NCBI GenBank assembly: GCA_012295275.1
Contig: CM022673.1
Coordinates: 16,554,001-16,618,000, forward strand
Length of the DNA stretch: 64,000 bases
Source: Chrysomallon squamiferum
Taxonomy: Eukaryota > Animalia > Mollusca
Reading direction: 5' to 3'
The position numbers and the translations under genes were made by a program. Positions 1-13,066 of the stretch are shown here, in pieces. The notes under the pieces are model-generated. The model had not been told where the DNA came from. It did no database searches and saw only the letters and a list, made by a program, of their open reading frames with translations. The stretch's first letter is position 1. Each line of letters opens with the position of its first letter.

Positions 1-693
1 TAATCTGTGGAACAAAAGAACAATTCAGATATTTTCTCTTCAGTAGGCAACATCCCATAGACTGCTAGCGGATAACCTAATTGGTTTGTAGATGATTACT
101 ATCGTCCACTTTCGATGCTGTCGTCACTTGCTAAGAATATCCTGATGGATTCTGAGAGAAAGTACGATCTGTGTAGTTAGTAATAATAGAATTTATAATA
201 ATAAATGTTCACAGATGATTAAAGTTTATTGCAGAATATAATTCATTTTAATTTTAATTATTACTTTTTTTCTTTTCTATTGGAAATTATGACGTGCGTT
301 AATGATTGGTTCCTACGCTATCAAAATGAAAGTCTTTTGAACCGAATGTGGCGAAAATGAACACACGATGTAAAAGAGTTTGGAAACAGGACATACGCAG
401 TATTAGTTCACCTGGCGGGAAACCAAACAGGTGTGTTTGATTTTCAGCACTTTGTATCGATTGTTCTTCCCACGCTGGAGAGTTGCAACCAGATTTCTTA
501 ACCAATCAATAAATAAAATTAAATATTAAAGATGAAGTTAAAAAAAAAAAAAAAGAAAAAGAAAAAAAAAATTAAAGAAATGTCAACGACACATGTACCA
601 ATCGAGTTTCAGCACACTTAGTAGAATTTTTTTTTCTAGATATATATAATTAGTCGCCTTTTTTTTTTAAATTACATCTGTTTGCAAAAAAAA

Positions 694-705
<12 letters not shown>

Positions 706-782
<77 letters not shown>

Positions 783-835
783 GTAAAGTAAAGTAAAATA
801 AAATAAAATAAAATAAAATAAAATAAAATAAATAT
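706..835. repeat. (AAT)n microsatellite followed by (AAAGT)/(AAAAT)n
   Basis: Directly visible tandem runs; they account for the poly-Ile ORF 672..866. Confidence 0.95.
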
Positions 836-982
836 AATAAATAAATAAACTAAAAACCCCAGTCAAAAATCACTTTCTCAAAGACTATTAAATTATTTAA
901 AAAAATAAAAATAAACAATTTAATTAAATTTTTAAATTTTTTAAAAGTTAAAACCTCTATCACAATTTGTTTTTTGTTTTTT

Positions 983-1130
983 TGCCTCGTTGGTTAAATG
1001 ATGAGTGAAGAAAGATCTTGGGATCGAACCTTATTAGTGTACTCGATAGCGCATCTAGTTTTCTATGACTAATTTATCAAAGTCAGTACTATACTGGTAC
1101 TTGTAATGATGTCTTTATGTAGCAGCACTA
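983..1130 (+). mobile_element. possible highly degraded tRNA-derived SINE head
   Basis: TGCCTCGTTGGTTAAATG...GGGATCGAACC resembles A/B-box spacing. Weak, judged by eye only. Confidence 0.2.
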
Positions 1131-2270
1131 CTTATACTAAATACTCCACAAAACATTACTTTTTTCTCCGTTCTTGTAAGTCATTTTTCAGTCACGGCAT
1201 TTAATTTTATTTGTTCATAATAACAGAAGCGATACTCTTATAATTAAAATGATTACCTTTATGTAAGTGTATAGGTCTGAGAGAGAGAGATAGTAGGAGA
1301 AAGTTTGTGTTTAATATTTATATATAAGTAGAAAAATACAGATGGACTCTAAGAGAGGAGCCTGCATATGTGTGTGTGTGTGTGTGTGTGTGTTTATATA
1401 TATATATAAACTCAAGTGGTGATATTTCTAGCATAATATATGTAATTATAATGCTAAATAAAAACATATCATCAGTGTGAATTTACGTGAAACAGTTCTT
1501 TTTTTCTTTTTGTTTGTTTGTTTGTTTCTTTTTTCTTTAATATATTTTATATCTAAAAAGGTGTTTTTTTAAAATATATTTGTCATAAAAGTTAAAATTT
1601 TGTTATAATTCTTTTATTGGTTGATAACTGATTGAAAATACCGGCATCCAATACACTGATAAAACAATGTTCAAAGTGTTTATAATAATATCCGAGAATT
1701 AATGGGTTTTCAGTTACTGAGTAAAATAACCAGTTTTTCTTGGAAACATTTACACACTGTTCATTTATAAGTGAAATAGCTTCTTATTATAATTCATTAC
1801 AATATAAGAATAAATAAAAGATATCTTCAATTTCAACGTTATAAACTGAATACATACTGGAGAAAATAATGTGCTAGTTCTATGAACGTTTCTTCGCAGA
1901 AGATATCTTATATAGTAACGAAAATAATTTTCCGGAAGTGAATCCAGCTATTATTAAATTATTAATTTATATTTGAAATTTCCAGTTTTGGTTTTATCTG
2001 TGGATTGTTTTTTTTTTCACTATATAGTTCAGTGGAATAACGTGTTATATATTAATGTACTTGCTATTTCAAACATTTTATTGTTTTATATGCCGTAATA
2101 ACAAAACCATTTTATATTTAGCGAATGTTTAGTCATTTTTGTCGATAATTAGATCTGCTAAAACTGAGAAGATACCATTGTTCGGTGTGAAACGGAAAGA
2201 ACTGAGAATATTTTTTCCCTTGCAAAACTCAGATATAGATTAATAAAAACACCCACCCATCCACCCACAA

Positions 2271-2303
<33 letters not shown>

Positions 2304-2635
2304 AACATAACAATAATAAATAATTCAAACAAACAAACAAAACAAAGCAGAAAAAAAACAACTAAAAAACAACACTCCCAAAACAAGTTTAAAAAAAAAA
2401 AAAAAAACTATTGCATTCAAGGCTTTCTCATTTAATTTAGTTTTTTTTCCTTGATCTCCTTCTGCCGTTTGTTCGTGTGTGTATTGTACCTTGAGTTTCA
2501 AATACTTGTGATAGAGAATTTAGGGGAAGGCAAAAACATTTACGATCCCCGTTTCTTCAAACAAACTCCGCTACTAAAAAAGCAATTTGAAGCCACTATT
2601 TTTCTCCACATGTGGTTACATGCATATATTCACTT

Positions 2636-2668
<33 letters not shown>

Positions 2669-2966
2669 AACACACGTATGTATGTATATATACACACATG
2701 CGCGTACGCATGTACATACATAGAGGCACTTATATAGCGACCAGCTATTTTTAATAAAAATAATTATTTTTATACTAACATTATATTTATACCTTTGAGA
2801 ATGTTTTTTTTTTTTTTTTTTTAAAATATATCTTATACTGCTGCTGAGATTGGCCCACTCTGTAGAATACCAAGAATAATTTTATTTCAGCCTTGAAGTT
2901 GTAAGTTAATTTTGTCAGTGAAGACTTTCCTTGTAAGATTAGCTAGAACACACTTATCGTGAAGCT

Positions 2967-2970
<4 letters not shown>

Positions 2971-3060
<90 letters not shown>
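2971..3060. repeat. (CT)n microsatellite
   Basis: Perfect dinucleotide run. Confidence 0.97.
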
Positions 3061-3062
<2 letters not shown>

Positions 3063-3422
3063 CATATAGACACAAATACACACGCCCACACCCATCCAAC
3101 ATCACAGGAACAAAAATTTAAATATATTTCAAACATCAACACAGTTTAAGTATAATCTGTTTATTTGATAAATTATTGGAACTTTATTAAGTATAATATG
3201 AAATATACAGTTTGTCTTCTTCTTTTTTTTTCTTTTTTTATCGAGTTTTATTTATATGCGTAGAATAAGCTATTTTAATTAAAATAAGTACCATTTGTAA
3301 CTATATATATATATATATATATGTGTGTGAATGTTGTGTATGTGTATAAGATAATGTTATAAAACAAACAAATTAAATGTTAAGTTTCAAATGATACTTG
3401 TTTTAATTAAAATAGTTTATTT

Positions 3423-3459
<37 letters not shown>

Positions 3460-4314
3460 ATATATCCTTCGTGTGTGTGCTTTTACAGTTTAGTTTCAGC
3501 ATATGAATTAATTAAAACTCGTGTGAAGTATATCATGATGAACGCAAATCGTAAACAGTGCACACGAGGTCTGATTACAATAGGTGTATTTAATAAATAA
3601 CTAGACTGCCGAAGTAATTTGAATGTTATTAAACTACACTTCAAAAATATACAGATGTTTTTTTAGTAATCTAATATTTGAACATAATTCAATGTGAGTA
3701 AATTTTGTTCCTTCTTCGTTTCAGTTTAGCACTGATCCATTAAACGCTAGGATTGTATCTTCGATATAAAAGTAAAAAATGAATATAATACAAATTAAAA
3801 GATAATACATACATACAGCACTAACTACGCCACAATTTCCATTTAAAATAATTATATCCTTACATCTAAAAGATACATTAAGACATATTTTACAAAAGGA
3901 AACAGATTTATATTACAAAATAATATTATCACATTTACAAGTACAAATATACACTTAGTATAACAATGTCCTTAGAGCCGTCTCTGTTAATATAGCAAAA
4001 TATTACGTTTTTATGTTCTTTTTCTTCTATTTTTTTTCCCTGTTCTTTCTTTTTTTTTTTTTTTCTTTTTAATTTCTTTTGTTGAGTTTTTCCTTTGTCT
4101 GATAATAGAGAAATTTACATTATTTGTATCATTAAAATATTGACAAAGATTTGATGCTTCTACCAAAACATGTTTTATTACAGTATTCATTAGGAGCATT
4201 TTCAGAATATTTTGTTAAAGGTAAAGTTCTCTGCTTTGTCTGAACAGGGTCATAGTTTTTAAAACCTGTGACACCAGTATTTATGCATGATTCGACTGGG
4301 TTCATGTGACTGAG

Positions 4315-5331
4315 TTAAGAAAACAAAAACCTGTTACCAGTATCATTATTGGCTCTCGTGATTCCTGGATTCCTTTGCATACCAGCATAATCCTGATACA
4401 CATTATCATGTGTAATCGGTACAAAGCAATGGTCATCATATTCCCTCGTTGACAGAGTACGATCATGGATAGGAGATACAGTACGGTACATATCAGTTTT
4501 ATTGTTTGACGGATTGCTAGTAACAGTTTTGCATCTATCATACTGAGTATTTAACGCCAAGGGAAAAAAATCATTTTGAGAAACTGACAGAGCAGGATAC
4601 ACATTATTCTGAGTAACTGATACAACAGGATACACATCATTTTGAATGAATGACGGATTGCGTTCTTGACTAATTGATTCTATTGCATAAGCATTCTTTT
4701 CAGTAATTGGTGCAATGCAATATGCATCACTATGACTACGTGACGCAATGCGATTTTGAGCAAATGATGTAATGCAATGAGTATCATTTTCAAAAATGCA
4801 ATGTCCATAACTTTGACTAGATGGTGCAATCTGATGAGTACCAGTTTCTGTAACTGGTGCTGTGATATCGGTGTAAATTTGATTAGACGAACTGCGGTTT
4901 TGAGAAAATGATGAAACGCAATGAGTATCACTTTCAGTAACTGTGGCAGTGCGATATGCATAGCTCTGACTGGATGGCATGCGATTTTGTGTAATTGATG
5001 AAATGCAACGGGTATCATTTTCGGAAGCTGGAGCAGTGCGATATGGAGATCTCTGTCTAGTCGGACTGCGATTCTGAGTAATTGATGAAAGGCAGTGAAT
5101 ATCATTTTGAGTAGCTGGAGCAGTATAAACTATTTCATTTTCACTGTTTGTTGGAATGCAGTATGGGTCGTTTGGATGATTTACTTGGTTGTTAAATATT
5201 AAATTGTTGATGTAGCCGTCTCGAAATCCTCCATTCGAGACATACATTTTCTCTTTTCTTACAGTATTTTGACTCCTATGACCAGCTAGAGAGGAAGATA
5301 AAAAAAAATATATATATTTTATTGGAAATTG

Positions 5332-5364
<33 letters not shown>

Positions 5365-5402
5365 TTATTTTTAAAGTTTTCCAAAAGCTCCGCAAATAGT
5401 AG

Positions 5403-5454
<52 letters not shown>

Positions 5455-6307
5455 TAATAACTATTATTATTATTATTGTTACTCTATTTCAAATACTGAT
5501 GATTTTTTTTTACTAATGTTAATGAAATGCATCATTCTTTCAGATAATTATTGCTTGAAATTGGTATTCAGATAACCATACAACAAAAAAGAATATTTCG
5601 TTTCATTGTCCTGTGACTATTCCAATAGACTATGACATTTCGCAGTATGTAATGAAAACTTTCAGTCCGAAATTAAATTATAACAAACCTTTTAGAAACA
5701 TTCCCATCTCGAGACACTTGGTAAAGCGACAAGCTTTGCATCGAGTTCTAGTCTGCGGCGTTATCGCGCAAGGTTCTTTCAGGTAGCAGATTTTTCTCTT
5801 AGTTTGCAATAGACTTCTTTTAAAGAATATCTGAAGCACAGAGACATACATTTAAACGTTAATGTGGTATGTGTTAAAATTGTTTAAGAATGGAATATGA
5901 ACGTTTCTATGTAGTTGTTTTGGTGATTTTTTTATTTTTTTTTTTTATTTTTTTTTATTACTTTAAAAGATGCATAAAGACATTTAGTAACATTAACATT
6001 TCGTACATAGAATGTATAAAGCATGATAATAGTTATAAAAATTATGCTAGAAACTAATTCCAAATTTGCATTATAAATATGCATAACGTATTTGGTTATT
6101 TGTCAACATTTTTTATGAAAACACGTTCCGTTCCATGCACATTATGAAATATTATTACAGCGGAAAAGTGAAAACTATCTTTTAATTTAAAAAAAAGAAA
6201 AGAATAATCGGCCTGCCTCTGTCACTCAAATACGTTTCATTCTCTTTCAATTTCATTCTTTTCCCTCAAGAAAAATAAAATAAAAGTTAATAATAAGTAA
6301 AATAAAA

Positions 6308-6338
<31 letters not shown>

Positions 6339-6552
6339 TATATGGTGTCAAAACAATTAGTTTACTATTGCATTATAAACTGCCATCATCCCGATAATAA
6401 ATCCGGTATTCACATAAAACATACTTCAGGAAAATATTAAATTAGTGTCATGAACGATGTCTTACCTTGCACCCATCGCACGTTATCAAACCGTAGTGAA
6501 ACCCTGTCGCTTTGTCTTGGCAGACAAGGCACTCGCCAAGTGGGAAATCCAT
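4315..6552 (-). CDS. nuclear receptor-type C4 zinc-finger (DBD) protein lacking a recognisable ligand-binding domain, about 399 aa
   Basis: Exons: 6552-6466 ([29 protein letters not shown]|gtaag), 5830-5689 ([47 protein letters not shown]) and 5285-4315 ([20 protein letters not shown]...NRFLFS*). Phases 0 and 1 join in frame. All 8 Zn-binding Cys, HYG, FFKRS, CRF-x-KC and GM are present. A small upstream exon 7674-7653 (MKCKNFAG) joined to 6560 could add 10 aa in frame. Confidence 0.9.
4535..5127 (-). repeat. degenerate coding tandem repeats (87-bp/29-aa units, then 33-bp/11-aa units)
   Basis: [29 protein letters not shown] / [29 protein letters not shown] / [29 protein letters not shown] plus partial units, then [11 protein letters not shown] / [11 protein letters not shown] / [11 protein letters not shown]. 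Confidence 0.85.
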
Positions 6553-6596
6553 ATATATCCCTGCATAAAAATGACATGTGGAAAAACTGCTAGAAA

Positions 6597-6630
<34 letters not shown>

Positions 6631-7748
6631 TCATAATAATTAAACAGCCATTTCCACGGCGAATATTATTAAATTAAATAAACTACTTTAGCTTTATTCA
6701 ACTACTGAAAGCCTTTTTAACGTGTACTATGGCAAACCACCAGGTCTATGAAGAACCACAATTTTGTTTTTTTATTTCGCTTTATCTTGTTTTTTGTTTT
6801 TGATATATTTCAATTTATTTGGTATTTGTGTGTGTGCATGTGTGCTTGTTTTAATGATAGCTGATGGCAAAAAAAAAAACCACACGTAATAATGAATTTT
6901 ATTAGTTTCACCTGTCATTCTCAATAATGTGTGTGTGTGCGTTCGTATTTTGCTTAAAGTAAAAGGTATTGGCAAAGGTGTTTTGAATGATTGGCCGAAC
7001 TATTCTTCATAAATTCGACTTCATATGAAAACAGCGAATTCTTAAAGACAAAGGAAAGGAAATAATAAGGGTCATGTAAAAATGTAAAGTTGATATTACA
7101 TCTCCCATCCTACATTCTGAATCACAAAGTTGTGAGTTAAGATTTTTTTAAGTTTAATATTTATCTTTAGAATTTAGCGTAAAATCTTTTTATTCATTTA
7201 TTTATTTACCAATGAAAACAATTTGTAAATCTGGACATAAAAATTTAATACAGATACAGCTTTTCTGAACAGTTTGTATTTCATGCTTTGAATCAATAAA
7301 TCGTTCAACAATCTTTCTTTCTGTATTATTTTTTTTTTCTCATCTCAAAAAGATATAATTATTTACAAACATATTCTCTACCTGAAATATTGTTTTAGCC
7401 GTGAGGTATATGAAATACTCAGTTTCAGAAAGGGTTACTGATATAATGCAGAAAACTATTTGCTTATTTACAAAAATGCATAGTAATTACTGATAAAAAT
7501 GAAATATTAATCCTAATTTTAAAGAAAAATTAAATAAAAATAATGTATCTAATATCTGGAAACATAAATTTATGCTCCGGAATGTTAAAAACGTTAAATT
7601 CTAACACAAATATCTGTTACAGATGTAAAATCACAGTTACCATGTATACTACCTGCAAAATTCTTACACTTCATGCTGAACTGAAAACATATCTGAACGA
7701 TCTACTTCGTTCACAGTATTTTGAACAATGTGAAAAATGTATACTTAC

Positions 7749-7840
7749 AACAGCAGCAGATACAGTTAAAACTTCTCGCACATGAGTTATCACAACATTC
7801 TCTAGCAAATGACAGGTAAGTAGTGCTTTATATATATAAA
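7749..7840 (-). promoter_or_regulatory. putative TATA/Inr core promoter and first non-coding exon of the nuclear-receptor gene
   Basis: On the minus strand, TATATATATAAA (~7838-7827) is followed ~25-30 nt later by TCATTT (Inr-like, ~7812-7807) and then a GTAAGT donor at 7748. Confidence 0.4.
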
Positions 7841-10128
7841 GTCATTAAATTCTTTCCGGAGTTACTGTTTTTATGCGCAGATTACTGTAAAATACGTCAC
7901 GAACATTTCAGTTTTTTAAATAAAGGTAAGCTAACACAGTGTTAATGTTATTTTCATAACATTGCTGTTATGAGCATTACTGAAGGAAAAATCAGTTTAT
8001 TTAGAAATAAACGACTCTCTGGATAATAAAAAGAAAATAATATATTTTTTGTGTTTAGTGTGGCATTTTGATTAAGATACTAATATATGAACCTACCGAA
8101 GTATGTACTTACATCAGTAAGTTATCATACATAATCCAATATATGAGAGTATAAAAAAAACAGAAAACGAGCATTTCTTTAATGAGGAACAAATTGTTGT
8201 GGGTATAGATCTGTGTTGTATTCTACAATCAAGCGCTGTTGCGACATACCAGTGAATGAAATCTTCTTAATGATATACGATTTTTATATACTTTAATTGG
8301 CTGAATTTAGGGATGTGTAATATCAATTAGCAAAAACATTTCAAAATCCTGTTTCAAAGCCCAGTGCGCTGCGATCTCACCACTGAGAATATTTAGAATA
8401 TTTTGTACTGAAATGATACACAATTTCATAACTTTTGAGAATATTTGCACCCCATTACTGAGTTTGAGCGAACAAAACTATTAATAAAATTTGTCAAATT
8501 TCCTATTTAACCATTTTGGGAAAAAGATCACTTCGTTTTATAAAAGTAATTACGATTTACATTATTTCCTCTAGTTGACGTTTCATTAACTGTAACAATT
8601 TTGAAAATGAAATATACTCGAAGTATGAATTAGAACATTTGTTAAACAGATCAATCATCAAAAATAATAAAATTGTAACGTTTATGTTGCATGGATACTG
8701 CGTCTCATATCTTTTAACAATTTTGCAAGTAAGTTAGGTAGACAGAATCTATGTCAAAAGAATTATAGATACATCTATAGTGTCAGGAATAAGATACATT
8801 ATTTTTTATTTTATATTGTTATAATGTTTTGTGTAGTTATTATTATTTTTTTTCGAAACTGATTCAACAGTTATCACGCATATATACATAAATAATAATT
8901 ATACAAATTAAAACCCATCAAACGACCTTTATGAAATAATAATAATAATATTTGCATTATCTCTTCAGAAAAAATTATCTGCTTATCTTGAAATCAAGGC
9001 AAAAGACAGCCTCTTAATAACCAGACATTGGTTCTTAATACCGAATAACTGGATATAAGTTAATTATTCACAAATGGAGTGATCAGTCATTGGTACAAGT
9101 TAACAGTGATGAACAAAAACATCAAAAAAGCTGAAGTAAATACTATGCAGTGATATCTGTTATATTAGCTTTGATGGACATGAAGATTCTTTAATATCTT
9201 TCTATCTAACAAATAAAAACTAATAATTTTATGTTATCATAAAAGTGTTTATATATTAAAAGAAACAAATTGTTTGTGCACAAAAAACTGAAAGATTTAT
9301 ATCATCTACTCAACTTCCATTCAACAAAACCACAACACTTTATTTTATAAACCGAACATTTTATTTAACATATATTAAAACACATAACAAATTACTTAAA
9401 AATAATGTTTGTAGATATATTAAAAAAACAGTTTTAACGGAGCAATATTTTTTGAACAATTCATGAATTAAGATGCACATACACATTATTGTTACCATAA
9501 TATAATTAGACTGCCTTGCACTATCAAGTATTCATATTTCTTGTTTAAATATCATATTATGGCTTCTTTAACCCTCAGACATCATGCATAAATTTCTGTA
9601 TTTATAAATTATCATATGTAGTCATAGATAATGCTTGGGAAAAATTGGTATATATTATTTTTCTGATTGTTAGAAACCAGTGTGCATGTATATTAAACAA
9701 GGTATAACAATACATAGTATTTAAAATAAAAACTAAATGCTTTAAAATGAAGAAAAAGGAAAATGGCTGTAAGTGAATTAGCATGATTCTTTATTAAATG
9801 AAACAATTTTTCATGCAGTTATGTGTACATGACATTTTCAATCACTACAAATAATAACTGTAGCAGAATCCAAATACAGAATTGGACTGAAATAATAAAA
9901 TAAATAAAGTCAATGAATGTTTATATTTTTCAAACCATCTTTTTTGATAAAATGATTTTAAGCAAACTTTCTTCCAGGCAGTGAGGAATAATGTTTAGAA
10001 TACTCTCCAGTTTAGAACCTGCAAATTCAGATAATTATCAGCTCTGTGTAAAATCCTTCTACATCTGTAGGACATTTAAACCCAACAAGAATCTTCTTAT
10101 TAATCTATATTTGCTGGTTGTTGAACAT

Positions 10129-11488
10129 TCACATTAAACCATGTTGAGCTACAAATGATTCGGTGTAAACCGTCTTGTTGTGATGGTGACCTGAATTCTT
10201 TTCCCAAGGTTTTAGTTCAACTGTAAAATGTACAATAGTAAAAAAAAATATATATATATATTAAAAAAATGAAAGCTAGCAAGAGAAATTAAATATGAAA
10301 AATATGGCATATACTGTAGAATTTTTGTCATGTTTTTATATTAACAATATACTGTTCTGTCAGTTGTAGTTCCTTCCTAAAAACAGAGAATTACTGCCTT
10401 TTATAAACCAGCCATAAGGTACTGAACTGAGCATGAATTATCCAGTAAGTTAATTTTTATAAAACGATGCAGCATAACTAAGAAAATGGGGAAAAATGAC
10501 TTACCTACAACAATAACAATAATTATGACAATTACAGCAACAACGACAGTTGCTATTATACAAGTGAGACGGCAGTTTTGCCAGCACATTTTCTGTTTAA
10601 CATTTTTTGCTGCATTTTTGAACTGCACCGATCCTGATTCAAGCTCCTCTGCAAAATTAATTAAAAAAAGATAAATAAATAAATCAGTGAATATACATTT
10701 CAACATTGTGAACATTTGTTACATATAAAAATTTACTTGATGCTAACCAGAAAGAAAAACCAATGAACTGGTTCACTGGCTTCTTTAACCATATAACTGT
10801 CAACTGTAAATACAGTATTTCTTGACTTCAAATTCATTATTAATACTAATTAATATGTACAATAAATAAGTAAATGATATTCTACAGCACTGCTAATATT
10901 TGAAAATCAAGGATTTTGTTTTTTACTCCTGGAAATGAATATAACCTGATCGTTCCTGTAAACTATCAATCTTCTCTCCTCTTGCTATGACTTTTTCAAT
11001 ATTGTTATGTAGTAATGAAGTCACCTCATTAACATCAGATTCTAGATGGTCCACCTGATTATTTCTCTCATCTCGAATCCTGTGTAAATAAGAATGACAC
11101 AATCAATAATATTTTTTATTTACAGTTATAGAAACTAAGAAAGGATATATAATTTATTTGATTATGAAAAACATCCAAGTCTGTTCACTGTTTAATAATT
11201 ATAACACTGAAGAAGTAAAACTATTCTGAATATGGGTGTTTTTTTGTGTTTTTTTCCATGTCATTTTTTGTTAGAGCAACACAGAAAGGAGACATAACAA
11301 TCACAAATTTAAAGCCAACTCAGGCAACTTCTAGTTCTACATTCTTATTTTACTAGAATGAATCTGAACGATAATTTATAACATTGATTTAACTTTACCA
11401 TGCATTACCAATTTTAAAATGTAATTGTTATTAACAGGAAATAATTTTGTGTAGTAACAAAGTTAACGAAATCGAAAAAAACTTACAT
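10129..11488 (-). CDS. vesicle-associated membrane protein (VAMP/synaptobrevin R-SNARE), about 123 aa
   Basis: Exons: 11488-11487 (AT|gtaagt, split start codon), 11079-10946 (IRDERNNQVDHLESDVNEVTSLLHNNIEKVIARGEKIDSLQERS), 10648-10505 (EELESGSVQFKNAAKNVKQKMCWQNCRLTCIIATVVVAVIVIIIVIVV) and 10220-10129 (VELKPWEKNSGHHHNKTVYTESFVAQHGLM*). Zero-layer Arg, juxtamembrane basic/Trp segment and a C-terminal TM helix are present. Subtype (VAMP3/4/8-like) not resolved. Confidence 0.9.
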
Positions 11489-11529
11489 GCTTAAAAATCA
11501 AAACAAGCCAATTCCTTATTTTCTGAAAC

Positions 11530-11640
11530 AAGCACGTGATTAAAAAGCGGAAGTAAACACTTTAACATCCGACTCGGTTGATCGGTACAAAATGTTTGTA
11601 TCCGTCCCATTTATATCTCGTTACGGAAAAATCCGGACAT
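11530..11640 (-). promoter_or_regulatory. housekeeping-type promoter of the VAMP gene
   Basis: E-box CACGTG (~11533) and ETS-type CGGAAGT (~11548) in a CpG-richer patch just upstream of the split ATG exon. Confidence 0.45.
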
Positions 11641-12212
11641 TTTGTTATCATTTGTTAAATCTCCGGCGTTTTTAACTTCAAATACAATTATAAAGACTTT
11701 AAACGCTGTTAAGTTTATGATGTTGATAATCAGTGTTTTCTTATCAAACTGATGTATCTTTTAAGTGTTTTTTTTTCCTTTATTATTTGAACGAACTTTA
11801 AACATATTTAAATAAAATAGAATAACAACAAAAAATAGTTTTATTAGGCATATGACAAGATGAAACAACTAAAAGAATGATGATTTAAGTTTATTTGAAT
11901 TTAAAAATTATTAAACGTGTGGTGTGTTAAAATGTGTTTAATGACATCATGGCAGGAAATAACGTGTTTCACCGAAAATATAACTATATTCAGAAATAAG
12001 TGAAATATTTTAATAAGAATATAACAAAACTCATCTGTAACCCAGGTCTGCATTCTATGTGTTTGTAACTGTAGAAACTGTCAACCACTCCTAGGATTGT
12101 ACCAACAGTTATATTTTAGGTGTGACAATCTATTTTGTTATTGTAATTTGAATTATACATCTGCCTTTTATACCGCATTGTAAATATGCTAATATTTAGC
12201 GAGATATTCTAA

Positions 12213-12255
<43 letters not shown>

Positions 12256-12397
12256 TACACGTTTAATAATTTCATTCTTACAACTATTATTTTATTTCAA
12301 CAAGAAACAAGCTTTATATTTATTCTTTATTTATCAACTTCATTAAAATTTTTATTTTAAATATAATTACAAATGATGCAATGTATAGAAATGAATG

Positions 12398-12436
<39 letters not shown>

Positions 12437-13066
12437 TTAGAAGTCAAATACATTTAATTGATGAACAACATGAAAATGCAGAATGAAATATAATTACATA
12501 TATTTTATCAGTAAAACATTAAAAAAGTCTGTATTGCTTGCAAGAGATTTTTAGAAGTAATAATGATGCATTTTTATTTTTATTTTTTTACCCTTAAATA
12601 TATAATAAATAATATTATGCAGAATATTGGTTACAGATTTGTAATATTATATGTGGATTCAATATATTAAAAAAATGATTTAAAAATCCCCAGTCCCAAA
12701 ACCCCAATAACATACACACACCACACACACACACACAAACACACACTTTATATATATTCATAAGCAAAGTGACATAACTCTGTAGTTCGTGTTTCATTAA
12801 CTTTTCTAAAAAATTTAAAATTAGTACCATATCTAACTGGAAAGAACAGTGTTTACTATTTCTTACACATCTTATCAATAAAATGTATTTATTTATGTCT
12901 TTTTCTCCATAAAACAAAAAATAAAAATGAAAAATAATAATAGTAATAGTAACAATATTTAAAAAAAATAAATAAAAAAAAAATAATAATAATAATAATA
13001 ATGTTTCACAACAAATAAGATAGAATAAAATAAGGAGATAATATTATAGTATAAATAATAATAATA

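Noticed and set aside
1-505. ORF 299..505 and possible exons at the window start, checked as candidate LBD exons
   Set aside because: No recognisable motif and no consistent splice and phase model. An acceptor-like TTCCACAG at position 5 (minus strand) cannot be evaluated inside the window.
4302-5105. Overlapping ORFs 4680..5105 and 4302..4541
   Set aside because: Shadow frames of the repetitive terminal exon of the nuclear-receptor gene.
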